DNA of 63,959 nt from Octopus bimaculoides (lineage: Eukaryota). Both the position numbers and the translations under genes were made by a program. The DNA is taken from the NCBI RefSeq assembly GCF_001194135.2, contig NC_068991.1:8819905-8883863 (forward strand), given 5' to 3'. The notes beneath the pieces were generated by a model that saw nothing but the letters and a program-made list of their open reading frames with translations, searched no databases and had not been told where the DNA came from. How positions within the stretch are numbered: the first letter of the stretch is position 1; each line of letters starts with the position of its first letter. Of this stretch, positions 24,343-37,010 are shown piece by piece.

Positions 24343-24589
24343 CATAGTTAAAAAATTAATACTTATAGTTTTAGTTTAGGCTATACATGATGTGTGATAT
24401 TTCGTGTTAATTCGATCGGACACCAACGTAATGCGCCGCTGCTATGGTTTTGTTGACATCCACTCATCTCTCCCTTTCTTGTTTTTTAATGCTTATGATT
24501 GTGTAAGATTGTGTATTGGCTTATAATGTGAAACTGTCTCATCAGCTTTCCAATAGTAAATGTTATAAAATCATTGTTATAAACATGCA

Positions 24590-25300
24590 CAATTTCGGCT
24601 TTGGTTAGAAATTCACCGGATAGCTGGTTTAAAGCAACAGATAATGTCAGACTTGGGCGTGATCTTTCACCAAACCTTTTCAATGTTTGTAGAATACATA
24701 ACGTCAGACACTTTTGAATCTTTTGAAGGAAATGCTAAAGTAAGAAATAGCGAAGTCAGTAATCTCCGTTCTGCAGATAATATTGATTCAATAAGACATA
24801 ATTGATGAAGAACTTTTAACAATTGCCAGAAGATATGGAATGGAGATAAGTGAAGGAAAATAAAAAAAACCTCGACAACAAAATAATGACAATTAATAAA
24901 GAACAAAAGAACAACAGTAAATCCTATTGAAATAGCTTAGAAGATGTTCAAAACTAGTCGATAAATTTAAATATTTGAGAAGAATGATAACAGAAAATAT
25001 GAGATGAAAGGAAAGAAAGAAGGCTTGCAGCAGTTACAATGGTATTGGCAAAAATTAGACAATGTTTGAGAAAGCAATAAAAAAAAAAAAAAAATCATGT
25101 TTGAAGAGTTATATTAATTTCAACCTCACTCCATGGATGCGACTTATGGACGTTAGATGTTGAAAGTGAGAAAATGGCCATAACTTTTGCAATGAAATGT
25201 TATATATCGAAAGATGCCTTCCATTCATATACAGAACATCGAACTGGCGGTAATGTTGAGAAATACAATATTGGGAGAAACACTATGATCCACAGAAGTC
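24590..25300 (+). mobile_element. Highly decayed RTE-clade LINE RT fragment
   Basis: Frameshifted GWFKATDNVRLGRDLSPNLFN...SNLRSADNID...ARRYGMEISEGK...LHGCDLWTL...FAMKCY...YTEHRT resembles RTE RT motifs (GVRQG..LSP.LFN, NLRFADD, LYGCE.WTL). Confidence 0.65.
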
Positions 25301-25721
25301 TTCAGTCAAATACTGATTTCAAAATTCTGACTCTAGGCCAGCAATTTCGAAGGAGAGTGTTAGTCGATTACATTGACCCCCCCAAGGTGCCACGCAGTGG
25401 GACTGAACCCGGAACCGTGTGGTTGGGAAGCAAGCTTCTTATCACAGAGCTACGCCTGAGCCTATGTTTGTGTATCCTTTCCTCTTTTCATTTTCTATTG
25501 TGAACGAAAAACACACATCACAGCACATAAACAGAGAGAAGGCGAGACTAAATAATAATATAAATGCAACACAAATATCAAGCGAAGCAGAAGTTCGACA
25601 AGGGCGTGTAAATAGATGCGAAAAGGCCCCCATTAAAATGGCTTTTATGACAAAAATAATTAAACAATCAAATATATGACTAAAATAGTTAGAATGAGGT
25701 TTAAATGCAGCTGCAATATTC

Positions 25722-26152
25722 TTTTATTTGTTTCAGTCCATGCTGGAGCACCTCTTTGAAGGGTTTTTAGTCAAACAAATCGACCTCAGGACTTTTCTTA
25801 AAAGTCCAGTACTTATTTTATCGGTCTCTTTTTCCGAACCGCTAAGCTACGGAGACGTAAACACATCAACACCGGTTGTCACATATATACACANNNNNNN
25901 NNNNNNNNNNNNNNNNNNNNNNNNNNNNNNNNNNNNNNNNNNNNNNNNNNNNNNNNNNNNNNNNNNNNNNNNNNNNNNNNNNNNNNNNNNNNNNNNNNNN
26001 NNNNNNNNNNNNNNNATATAAATATATATATATATATAAATATATATGATGGGCTTTTTTCAGTTTGTGTCTACCAAATCCACTCAAGGTGCCACGCAGT
26101 GGGACTGAATCCAGAACCATATGGTCAGGAAGCAAGCTTCTTACCACACAGT
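25722..26152 (-). mobile_element. SINE family A (gap inside); an extra head fragment lies at 25383-25460
   Basis: Same tail and head motifs. Confidence 0.8.
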
Positions 26153-26864
26153 CACACATACATATACACTCATACATACACATACTCATATATACACACA
26201 CATACGAATATACGTGTCCTTCATAGTCTTCCACCGTTCTAGAATCTCTTCAAACCATATATTGTACTCATGGTTCACCACCTCCACCATCACCACCACC
26301 ACCACCACCAGCACTTTCGGCTCACAATTTCCGTCACCGAAGAGATAAACACTGCCTCCTCTCCCATCGTCATCGACATCATTATAGCAAAAGTTTATTT
26401 CGTACCGTCCATACTCAGCTGACCTTACAATGCAAAAGCCTATCAATGATAAAGCAGACGACACTCTAGAGTCGGTCCGTTTCATTAAACAATTACTTTT
26501 GTTGCTAGAATGGGAGAGCCTGACATACACCGGACTCTATTTTTCTCCTTCATGAGTCTTATTACTCCAATTCATGATCAATTTTCTCGGCTATTTTTCT
26601 TCCATTTTCTTTCGTCTCTTCAAAGCCGCAAACTAATATGTCCGGCAATATGTCATTGAGGTTGAAGAAATCTATCATTTTGGAATTGTTTCTTCGAAAT
26701 TAGTCTATCTCTGCTACAAATAGACTTGAAGTTATATATGTGTATGTATATGAAAAGGAGAATTCGTGAATGCTAGTGATGTTTAGCGCTTGCAAATTGC
26801 AATAAAGCGAGTTCAAACGGTGGAAAACCATATATGTATATATATGTGTGTGTATGTGTGTGTG

Positions 26865-26896
<32 letters not shown>

Positions 26897-27074
26897 AAAC
26901 AACTACACACATAGATTGTAAACCTCGTTTAAATACCAAATAACAAATGAAAGAAATGAAATAGAATTAGTGCGTACGTTTATTACCGGCAAAATGATCC
27001 CCCACGAGATACAACAAAATCTTTCAACGCACATCAAGAATCTTGTAAACCAGAAACAAAAACGGAGTTTTCTA

Positions 27075-27117
<43 letters not shown>

Positions 27118-27234
27118 TACATGGTGCGGTGAATATATTGTCGTCTGAATTACGCAAAAATGAAAATAACACTGAGATCTTATTTTAACAGCTATATTTA
27201 CCAAAATTACATAAAAATATCTCGAAATACTAAA

Positions 27235-27893
27235 CAGTAAATTTATTCAATAAAATCGCCATTGGCTTCAACATTGGACTCGAGATTACTTCGAAATCTC
27301 CTGCAACTCTTCTGGACGGTCTCCTTATGTAAGTTAGTGAGTGCTGCCATAATCCTTGCCTTCTGTTCATCTTTGGTGTTACAAGGAGTTTTGTTGGTCT
27401 CTCGCTCAACTGCGCCTCACACATAATAATTAAGGGGGTTGCAATCTGGAGAGTTAGGTGGCTAAATGTTAGGGGCGATGTGGTTGCAGAAATTGTCTGA
27501 CAGCCATGACTGGGTTCTCCTGCTTGTAAGGCATGGTGCAGAGTCTTGTTGTCAGACATAGGGTCTTCCAGCAGTCAACTTCTTGATTCAGGGCAGCTCT
27601 ACCTCCTCCAGGCACTTGATGTAGGTCTCCGTGTTGAGTGTGAGGCCGTGTGGGAAGATGAATGGAGGCATAACGTCGTCATCATTAGTGATCACTCCGA
27701 AAACCATGATGTTGATTGGTACATGTTTTGGGGACACGGCAAGCCAACGGTTGTTCTGTGTTTTCACTATCTCTTCGTATTGGAATTTCTGGCGCGAACA
27801 CCAACCAGTACAGCATGTCGTTTCCAAATTTCTGCCAGAGTGAATTGTGTCATGGTGCTGTTTTTCTTACAGACGGTGCCTAACTGATCCTAC
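27235..27893 (-). mobile_element. Internally deleted Tc1/mariner DD37D (maT-type) transposase pseudogene
   Basis: Minus-strand translation IMVFGVITNDDDVMPPFIF...YIKCLEEVELP*IKKLTAGRPYV*QQDSAPCLTSRRTQSWLSDNFCNHIAPNI*PPNSPDCNPLNYYV*GAVERETNKTPCNTKDE...VEANGDFIE*. 37 residues between the second D and the (mutated) third catalytic position. The N-terminus MTQFTLAEIWKRHAVL jumps to mid-protein. Confidence 0.85.
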
Positions 27894-30006
27894 NNNNNNN
27901 NNNATCACTCCGAAAACCATGATGTTGATTGGTACATGTTTTGGGGACACGGCAAGCCAACGGTTGTTCTGTGTTTTCACTATCTCTTCGTATTGGAATT
28001 TCTGGCGCGAACACCAACCAGTACAGCATGTCGTTTCCAAATTTCTGCCAGAGTGAATTGTGTCATGGTGCTGTTTTTCTTACAGACGGTGCCTAACTGA
28101 TCCTACTATATTGTCTAGTATCCCCCCCCCAAAAAAAACAATGCACATGCGCGAAATTAAAAATATATATGTGTGTGTGATATTACTTATGATTTCGTTT
28201 GACGGTGGTAAATAAATTTGAAAAACTTATTGAAAAAGAAAACTGACAAAGAAAAATGTATAAATTTTTTGGTCCTTCACCTCTCTCATTCTTAATCATT
28301 ATATAATTAATACGATTTTTGTCTTCTCGATTTCAATTTCTGTTCGTTTATTGCTTAAATATCTTCAACAAAGTGGGTATCTTTGACTATATCATCTTAC
28401 AAGGATTTCCTTTTTTTTTTTAATTTCGGTTCGATGTGATTTGAAGGATATTTATCTGTTATTTCCAACAAATGGAGAAACCCCCTCGATCTAAACTTCA
28501 TGGAGACAGTCTTTCTCTAATTCTATTTATCACGGCAATTAATCCCCCACTGTTTTATATTCAAGAAATCGGAATATGCGATCAAGTCTAACACTCCAGA
28601 CTAACACAGTTTCCTCGTTGTTATGTATAAATAGACGTATAACAGACGTACTTTGACTCGCTTACCGCTTCTCGTATAACAGAGATGGATGGTTCAGCCA
28701 AGATTAATGTCCTTACCTAATTGTGCAGCGAAGAGTAGCAATGATTTAGTCTGACATGTCATTTAACGGTCGAAACGTATCTCCAATATCTGGCAATTAA
28801 GGCTGCAAATATCGAAGTATTAGTAGGAACATATCCTAAAACAGTACATGCAACACGAAACATGTAATTAGAGAACCAAAAAAAGAAAGAAAAAAAGTAT
28901 TGAACGGAAAAATATAGAACGAAAAAAATGTAGCAATCAGAATTTTGTGTACCGGAGAAAATCAATAGCACTAAATGTGTTTTTCTGTACCAGTACTATT
29001 AATAATGTTTAAGAGATTTTGATTGAACTCTACATGATATCAGAACTATCGATATTAAAAATCCGGAAACTAACGATTGCCACAAGGAATTTCTACACGA
29101 ACCGTTGCTGCAAGTTATCCTTTATTAAAAGAAGAACAATTTGAATGTTGCATGTATCCTTTCGACAACAGTTATTACATTTATTAAGCATCGTACGTTG
29201 AAGAGCATTAACGGAGCCCTAATATTTGAGCACAACATAGAGGGAGTCTCAATGGTAAAAATAGCAGCCAAATCAACCTCAGCTTATACTCTACCGTCTT
29301 AATAAAATGAAGCACTTACTGGATAATTTAGATTTACTAACCTTCAGACTATATATATATATATATACATACACACACACATCACAATTCAATTTGCGTA
29401 TAAATTTGCGTATGCTTAATAAAGCCCGTCTACGAGTATCGGCTACCAGATGAAACTGTTGTAGCCGAAGAAGAGGGGTTGGAAATAAAGGAAAATAAAG
29501 AGGAGACGTTTATTGTTGTAAAAATGCGAAAGAGAAAGGGGCGGGGGAGCTCTCCGACAGAGTTAAATAGAAACTAATAATTCTTGAATTATTAAAACTA
29601 CCTCCAATTATAAAAGCTGTATCATAATTACCAAATGCCAATTAAGACCTGCTCCTCTTTAGAATGGGATTTAATCTCAAGTCAAGATTCCCCCAACAAC
29701 TCCGTCAAGTAGTTATTCAGTTAAAAGCCGTTTATTATGATAACTTTTGGATGAAAGCTTTTCCGTATCTATTATCGAATGATAACTTTTAGCAAATATA
29801 GAGTTTGGGACCTATAAATTTTGATAACAATAACATGATCCGTGATTACAATAAGTGGCTTCGACTGTAAACTCCCCCACCACACACACATACACATAAA
29901 TACTCCTTCAGGAGTCTATATAATTATCTATATGAAAATGAAAAACTTTGGGTTAAAAGCTCCACTTTATTTCGGGCTGTCATTTTCTTCCTCTAGAAAA
30001 CTTGAA

Positions 30007-30113
30007 CCGGAAGTCACGTGCTAATCTTTTGTTTGCTCTTTTGTTTCGATAATGAGATAGTACTTTTTTTTTCTGGCCCTTTTCGGTGAAATGTCCCAGA
30101 TATCCTGGTAAGT
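30007..30113 (+). promoter_or_regulatory. Candidate promoter / first exon: ETS+E-box CCGGAAGTCACGTG and consensus 5' splice site CTG|GTAAGT (30108)
   Basis: Motifs in a SINE-poor stretch; GC box GGGGCGGGGG at 29538-29547. Confidence 0.4.
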
Positions 30114-30301
30114 TTGCTTATGTAGTCATGACAACTGTTGAAGTGGAGGGATTAGTGCATTTTCTTTTATGTAGATAAGCTCCGACGCCGCCCCCATTAA
30201 AAAACAATTTTGAGCGCGAACCCTTATTGTCTGAATTTCGCATTGAACCCAAAACAAAAGCAAACCAAACAACTCACAGATGAACGATTGTCTACAAGTG
30301 A

Positions 30302-30375
30302 AGTCCCGAGGAGACATCTTAGTCCCGAGGAGACATCTTAGTCCCGAGGAGACATCTTAGTCCCGAGACGACATT
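30302..30375. repeat. 19-bp minisatellite AGTCCCGAGGAGACATCTT x3 perfect + 1 degenerate
   Basis: Units start at 30302, 30321, 30340 and 30359; no spacers. Confidence 0.95.
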
Positions 30376-30560
30376 TTTTTAAACAATATAATCTTTAGGT
30401 CAACAAGAATGCGTTTGATGTACATCACTTCATCTGTTCTTGGAGCCTTTTGTGGTGCACAAGGCCCGTGCTCATCTACGGTTTCCATGGTTTCGACATA
30501 AGACGCAAGTTTAGCGCAGGTGACTTTTTTTTGCGAAGAGAACTGAATTATCTTATATTT

Positions 30561-30778
30561 TTTTACTTGTTTCAGTCATTAGATTGCGGCCATACTGGGG
30601 CACACACTCGAAGAATTTTTAGTCGAATGAATCGACCCCAGTACTAATTTTTAATTTCTTTTAAAGCCTGGTACTTATTCTATCGGTCGCTTTTGCCAAA
30701 ACCGCTAAGTTACAGGGACGTAAATACATCAGTGGAAGACGAATAAACGCAAAGACACACACACGCAAAGACACACAC
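30561..30778 (-). mobile_element. SINE family A tail; an opposite-strand body lies at about 31522-31720
   Basis: TTTTACTTGTTTCAGTCATT.GA.TGCGGCCAT...GTACTTATTCTATCGGTC motif. Confidence 0.75.
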
Positions 30779-32040
30779 NNNNNNNNNNNNNNNNNNNNNN
30801 NNNNNNNNNNNNNNNNNNNNNNNNNNNNNNNNNNNNNNNNNNNNNNNNNNNNNNNNNNNNNNNNNNNNNNNNNNNNNNNNNNNNNNNNNNNNNNNNNNNN
30901 NNNNNNNNNNNNNNNNNNNNNNNNNNNNNNNNNNNNNNNNNNNNNNNNNNNNNNNNNNNNNNNNNNNNNNNNNNNNNNNNNNNNNNNNNNNNNNNNNNNN
31001 NNNNNNNNNNNNNNNNNNNNNNNNNNNNNNNNNNNNNNNNNNNNNNNNNNNNNNNNNNNNNNNNNNNNNNNNNNNNNNNNNNNNNNNNNNNNNNNNNNNN
31101 NNNNNNNNNNNNNNNNNNNNNNNNNNNNNNNNNNNNNNNNNNNNNNNNNNNNNNNNNNNNNNNNNNNNNNNNNNNNNNNNNNNNNNNNNNNNNNNNNNNN
31201 NNNNNNNNNNNNNNNNNNNNNNNNNNNNNNNNNNNNNNNNNNNNNNNNNNNNNNNNNNNNNNNNNNNNNNNNNNNNNNNNNNNNNNNNNNNNNNNNNNNN
31301 NNNNNNNNNNNNNNNNNNNNNNNNNNNNNNNNNNNNNNNNNNNNNNNNNNNNNNNNNNNNNNNNNNNNNNNNNNNNNNNNNNNNNNNNNNNNNNNNNNNN
31401 NNNNNNNNNNNNNNNNNNNNNNNNNNNNNNNNNNNNNNNNNNNNNNNNNNNNNNNNNNNNNNNNNNNNNNNNNNNNNNNNNNNNNNNNNNNNNNNNNATA
31501 CACACACACATATATATATATGTGTGTGTGTCTTTGTGTTTGCTTGCCCCACCACCACTGTTTGACAACTGGTGTTGGTTTGTTTCTGTTCACCTAACTT
31601 GGTGTTTCGGCAAAAGGAACCGACAAAAAAAAAAAAAAATTTCAAAAGGAGTTGGGGTGGGGGGCATTTGTTCGACTAAAAGGCCTTCAATGAAGGACCC
31701 AAGCTTGGCCTCAGTCCATTGACTGAACCTAGCGAAAGAAGAGACTTAATTATTGTTTCAAACAAAACAGGCACAAAGCCCGAAATTGGTGCAGAAGGGA
31801 ACAGTTTATATCGACGCCATATTTTCGTCCTTCAGGGTTCGATTGTATCGTCACCATACGGACATGTAAAGCTAATCTCCGCAGGATTTGAACTCAGAAT
31901 ATAAAGAGCCATGCCTAAATACCACAAGGCATTTAGTCCGACATTCTAATGATTCTGTCAATCCGCCACCCTCATGCATAAATACATGCATGCATACATA
32001 CATACATACATACATGCATACGTATATACATGTTTGTTTT

Positions 32041-32104
<64 letters not shown>

Positions 32105-32355
32105 CCTATCTATCTATCTATCAACACATACACATATACATTCACTTTATGTATGAGGACACACACACACACAGACACGTGCGCGCATGCGTGTGTATTC
32201 ATACATAAAAAAAATGAACGTTCATATATAGATATATTTGTATGTACGCATATATATCTATATCCATATATCTGTGTGTGTGCGCGCGCGCGCATATATA
32301 TCTATAAATATATATTTATACATGTATATATATATAAATATATACATTTACATAT

Positions 32356-32396
<41 letters not shown>

Positions 32397-32469
32397 TCAC
32401 AAACTTTACATACACACTCACACACACACATATATATACATATACAAACATGTTTGTATGTATGTTTCC

Positions 32470-32521
<52 letters not shown>

Positions 32522-33199
32522 GTATACATATATATATTTATATATTTATATACGGTGGTAGTCTATATGTATGTGTGTGTTCCCACCCACGCATAGGATG
32601 ATACGTCCAGCTGCATTCAGGAATCAACTCAGTGCAGGCTATGGGGGACGGAATCAACTGTCTTTATCTAACTCCCTGCCACCCCAATGCAAGACAGTCT
32701 CCCTCTTCACAGAGTGAGATAACAAAGACGATGATTTATCAATCGGTGAGATAAAAGAAAGTCCGCCATCATCGTTTCGCTAATATCTACATCCGTGGGA
32801 AAATTATATTTTCACTATATTTTCTCACGGTTCGGTTAATTATATTGAATGAAAGTTTGGTTTTATTGAATAGGCAACAGGGCTCAAAGAAAATTTCAAA
32901 TTAATGGGCTGTGGACTTAACGAATTTTCCCAGTGCAGTTGGGACAGTACACAAAATTATTCCAGTCAAGATTTGGGAGTGCAATACTTCTAATAATTTG
33001 CATTATTGTAGAGCTCAATCATGAATAAATGTTTCTAATATAGTATAAAATTAAAAATTATGATGAGGTAAAAGACTTTTGTCGATTATTTCGTCCCCAG
33101 TATTCGAATAGTAATTTATTTAATCAATAGACTAGGGGATAGGTTAAAGGTTAAGTTTCTGAACGCTTGGTATTTTTTCGATACTCCAAGGATCCCGCA

Positions 33200-33750
33200 G
33201 CCTTCATTCGATAGAATTTTTTTTTTTGACACAAGGCCAGCCCTTTTGAAGGCAGATGATTTGTCGATACCATCAACTTACTTTTTCTGGTACTTATTTC
33301 ATAGAGCCAAGAGGGATGAAAGGCAAAGTTGACCGCAACGGAATTTGAACTCAGAACGTGGAAAGCCGGAGACAAATACAGTAAAGCATTCTGTCCTATG
33401 GTTTACTGATCCTGCCAATCCACCGCTTGCTTCAAAGGCAGCAATTTTGTGGTAGAAGCATAGTCAATTACATCGATCCCAGTACTTGACTGGTGCGTAA
33501 TTTATCGACCCCGAAAAGATGATAGGATTCCTCGGCGGAATTTGAACTCAGAACGTAGCCGCAGACGAAATACTGCTAAGCATTTCGCCCGACATGCTAA
33601 CGATTCTGCTAGCTTGCCACCTTATAAATAAATATTATAATTAAAAAAAAAATTTTTCTACTCTAGGCACAAGGTTTGGAAGTTTTGGGGAGGGAACCAG
33701 TCGATTAGATCGATTCCAGTGAGCAACTGATACTTAATTTATCGACCCCG
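33200..33750 (-). mobile_element. Tandem family B SINE copies
   Basis: GAATTTGAACTCAGAACGT motif twice, plus tails. Confidence 0.8.
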
Positions 33751-33783
33751 CCTCTTAAAGATTGATATATACATACATATATA

Positions 33784-34747
33784 NNNNNNNNNNNNNNNNN
33801 NNNNNNNNNNNNNNNNNNNNNNNNNNNNNNNNNNNNNNNNNNNNNNNNNNNNNNNNNNNNNNNNNNNNNNNNNNNNNNNNNNNNNNNNNNNNNNNNNNNN
33901 NNNNNNNNNNNNNNNNNNNNNNNNNNNNNNNNNNNNNNNNNNNNNNNNNNNNNNNNNNNNNNNNNNNNNNNNNNNNNNNNNNNNNNNNNNNNNNNNNNNN
34001 NNNNNNNNNNNNNNNNNNNNNNNNNNNNNNNNNNNNNNNNNNNNNNNNNNNNNNNNNNNNNNNNNNNNNNNNNNNNNNNNNNNNNNNNNNNNNNNNNNNN
34101 NNNNNNNNNNNNNNNNNNNNNNNNNNNNNNNNNNNNNNNNNNNNNNNNNNNNNNNNNNNNNNNNNNNNNNNNNNNNNNNNNNNNNNNNNNNNNNNNNNNN
34201 NNNNNNNNNNNNNNNNNNNNNNNNNNNNNNNNNNNNNNNNNNNNNNNNNNNNNNNNNNNNNNNNNNNNNNNNNNNNNNNNNNNNNNNNNNNNNNNNNNNN
34301 NNNNNNNNNNNNNNNNNNNNNNNNNNNNNNNNNNNNNNNNNNNNNNNNNNNNNNNNNNNNNNNNNNNNNNNNNNNNNNNNNNNNNNNNNNNNNNNNNNNN
34401 NNNNNNNNNNNNNNNNNNNNNNNNNNNNNNNNNNNNNNNNNNNNNNNNNNNNNNNNNNNNNNNNNNNNNNNNNNNNNNNNNNNNNNNNNNNNNNNNNNNN
34501 NNNNNNNNNNNNNNNNNNNNNNNNNNNNNNNNNNNNNNNNNNNNNNNNNNNNNNNNNNNNNNNNNNNNNNNNNNNNNNNNNNNNNNNNNNNNNNNNNNNN
34601 NNNNNNNNNNNNNNNNNNNNNNNNNNNNNNNNNNNNNNNNNNNNNNNNNNNNNNNNNNNNNNNNNNNNNNNNNNNNNNNNNNNNNNNNNNNNNNNNNNNN
34701 NNNNNNNNNNNNNNNNNNNNNNNNNNNNNNNNNNNNNNNNNNNNNNN
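33784..34747. other. Largest assembly gap (many other N runs, mostly flanked by microsatellites)
   Basis: N run. Confidence 0.99.
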
Positions 34748-35057
34748 CGTTGTGAGTGTTTACTGAGCGAAAACACCTAAAGCTCCACGAGGCTCCGGCA
34801 GCGGATGGTGGCGAACCCTGCTGTACTCTTTCACCACAACTTTCTCTCACTCTTACTTCCTGTTTCTGTTGTGCCTGTAATTCAAAGGGTCAGCCTTGTC
34901 ACACTGTGTCACGCTGAATATCCCCGAGAACTACGTTAAGGGTACACGTGTCTGTGGAGTGCTCAACCACTTGCACGTTAATTTCACGGGCAGGCTGTTC
35001 CGTTGATCGAATCAACTGGAACCTTCGACGTCGTAAGCGATGGAGTGCCAACAATAA
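34748..35057 (+). mobile_element. SINE family C (head lost in gap)
   Basis: Near-identical to about 61465-61774. Confidence 0.85.
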
Positions 35058-35059
35058 CA

Positions 35060-35705
35060 TACGGCATCTATGTTTTTCTGTAGAAGATTAGCGTCGAAAG
35101 GTTTCTTGATTGATTGTTCTACTTTAGCATCGTCAGCATAGCTAGAAAGTGTAGCTGTCTATGTAACTGATGGCATGTCCGAGAGAGATACCATAAACAG
35201 CAGTGGTCTTCATTACTCTGAAGTGCACCACTCACAATTACTGTCCCCTTACTGAGGGCCCTGTTGGTTGCAACATCCTGATATCTGTCTTTTAAGAAGT
35301 CAAGAAACCTTCCGGTTTTTCAGTTACGTTGTCTCTGAAGGTTGTGACATATCATCCCGTGATCAACCTTATCAAAAGCCTTTGCAAAATCGAGATATAT
35401 CCACATTTGGGCGATTCATGAGTTGTTTCAACACCCAGCCTTAATGCTGCAAAAGTTGTGCAAGGTTGCTTCTTCCTGAACGGAAGCCATGCTGGGTGCT
35501 AGGGATCAAATCATTGTCTTCAAGGAACGTGATCAGCTCCCTCCGGACAATACGTTCCATGATTATTTTGTTTGCATGTGAGGTTAGCGGGACAGGCCTA
35601 TAATTTTTGGCACCCATTCTGCTGCCTCCTTCATGGATAGGACATATGCCTTCCTTTAATTTTCTGGAAATTATTTCAAAAGTTCGATCACCAGCCTCCC
35701 TCCAC
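35060..35705 (-). mobile_element. Non-LTR retrotransposon RT fragment (CR1/L2/Crack-Daphne group)
   Basis: KNYRPVPLTSHANKIIMERIV...FLEDNDLIPSTQHGFRSGRSNLAQLL, then frameshifted FCKGF..VDHG and LSSYADDAKV (about 35118-35150). Confidence 0.85.
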
Positions 35706-35739
35706 CACTCACTATATGTCTTCTTGTTCGTTTTCTTTG

Positions 35740-35971
35740 GCTTGCTGTTGTTGTTGTTGTTGTTCTTCTTTTCTTCTTGTTCTTCTTCTTCTTGTTCTTG
35801 TTCTTGTTCTTGTTCTTGTTCTTCTTGTTCTTGTTCTTGTTCTAGTTCTTCTTGTTCTTCTTCTTCACCACCATCACCACCACCACCACCACCATCATTT
35901 TCTTCTTCCCCACTGTCTTCGTCTTCGTCATCATTTTCTTCTTCTTCTTCTTCTTCTTCTTCTTCTTCTTC

Positions 35972-36009
<38 letters not shown>

Positions 36010-36032
36010 TTTCTTCTTCTCCTCCGCCCCCC
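35740..36032. repeat. (TTC)/(TTG)/(CAC)/(CAT) mosaic interrupting the LINE fragment
   Basis: Direct inspection; gives the poly-E/D N-terminal part of ORF 35441-36553. Confidence 0.85.
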
Positions 36033-36949
36033 NNNNNNNNNNNNNNNNNNNNNNNNNNNNNNNNNNNNNNNNNNNNNNNNNNNNNNNNNNNNNNNNNNNN
36101 NNNNNNNNNNNNNNNNNNNNNNNNNNNNNNNNNNNNNNNNNNNNNNNNNNNNNNNNNNNNNNNNNNNNNNNNNNNNNNNNNNNNNNNNNNNNNNNNNNNN
36201 NNNNNNNNNNNNNNNNNNNNNNNNNNNNNNNNNNNNNNNNNNNNNNNNNNNNNNNNNNNNNNNNNNNNNNNNNNNNNNNNNNNNNNNNNNNNNNNNNNNN
36301 NNNNNNNNNNNNNNNNNNNNNNNNNNNNNNNNNNNNNNNNNNNNNNNNNNNNNNNNNNNNNNNNNNNNNNNNNNNNNNNNNNNNNNNNNNNNNNNNNNNN
36401 NNNNNNNNNNNNNNNNNNNNNNNNNNNNNNNNNNNNNNNNNNNNNNNNNNNNNNNNNNNNNNNNNNNNNNNNNNNNNNNNNNNNNNNNNNNNNNNNNNNN
36501 NNNNNNNNNNNNNNNNNNNNNNNNNNTGTCGACGCTGTCGGGCTGAACCGCAAGCGGCATCAACCCTCACTCCACAGCGTATGCAATTAGGCACACGACC
36601 CAACTAAGGGAGCCTCTAAGCGGGTCGCTCACTCTGCTAAAAACAATAGCCAATGAACCCTCAAGTTATACTCATTCTTCTTAGGAAAGAAAATGCATAC
36701 TGGATAATGTAGTTCTAAATATCCCTAATAACACGAGATGGTGGTTATGGTTGGAAAGCCTTTCGATGCTTGGTTAGTTCACTGAGAGTCCAGCCTGGGC
36801 TGAACATCACCAACAACAATACGCATTACTTTAGAGCTAAACACAGCCCTGGTTACAGTTGGCATGTATCATCATTTCGGTCTCCTCTTGTGGTGGTGTT
36901 AGCGGATGAAAGCTCAGCTACTCTCACCATCCGCCATCTGTCTGTCTGC

Positions 36950-37010
<61 letters not shown>

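Noticed and set aside
27691-28106. Exact 203-bp tandem duplication
   Set aside because: The copies (27691-27893, 27904-28106) are identical and flank a 10-N gap; typical unmerged contig overlap.
30302-30375. CRISPR-like direct repeats
   Set aside because: Units are contiguous with no spacers, in a eukaryotic context with no cas genes.
35441-36553. 370-aa acidic protein
   Set aside because: Chimera of gap, microsatellite and a LINE RT fragment.
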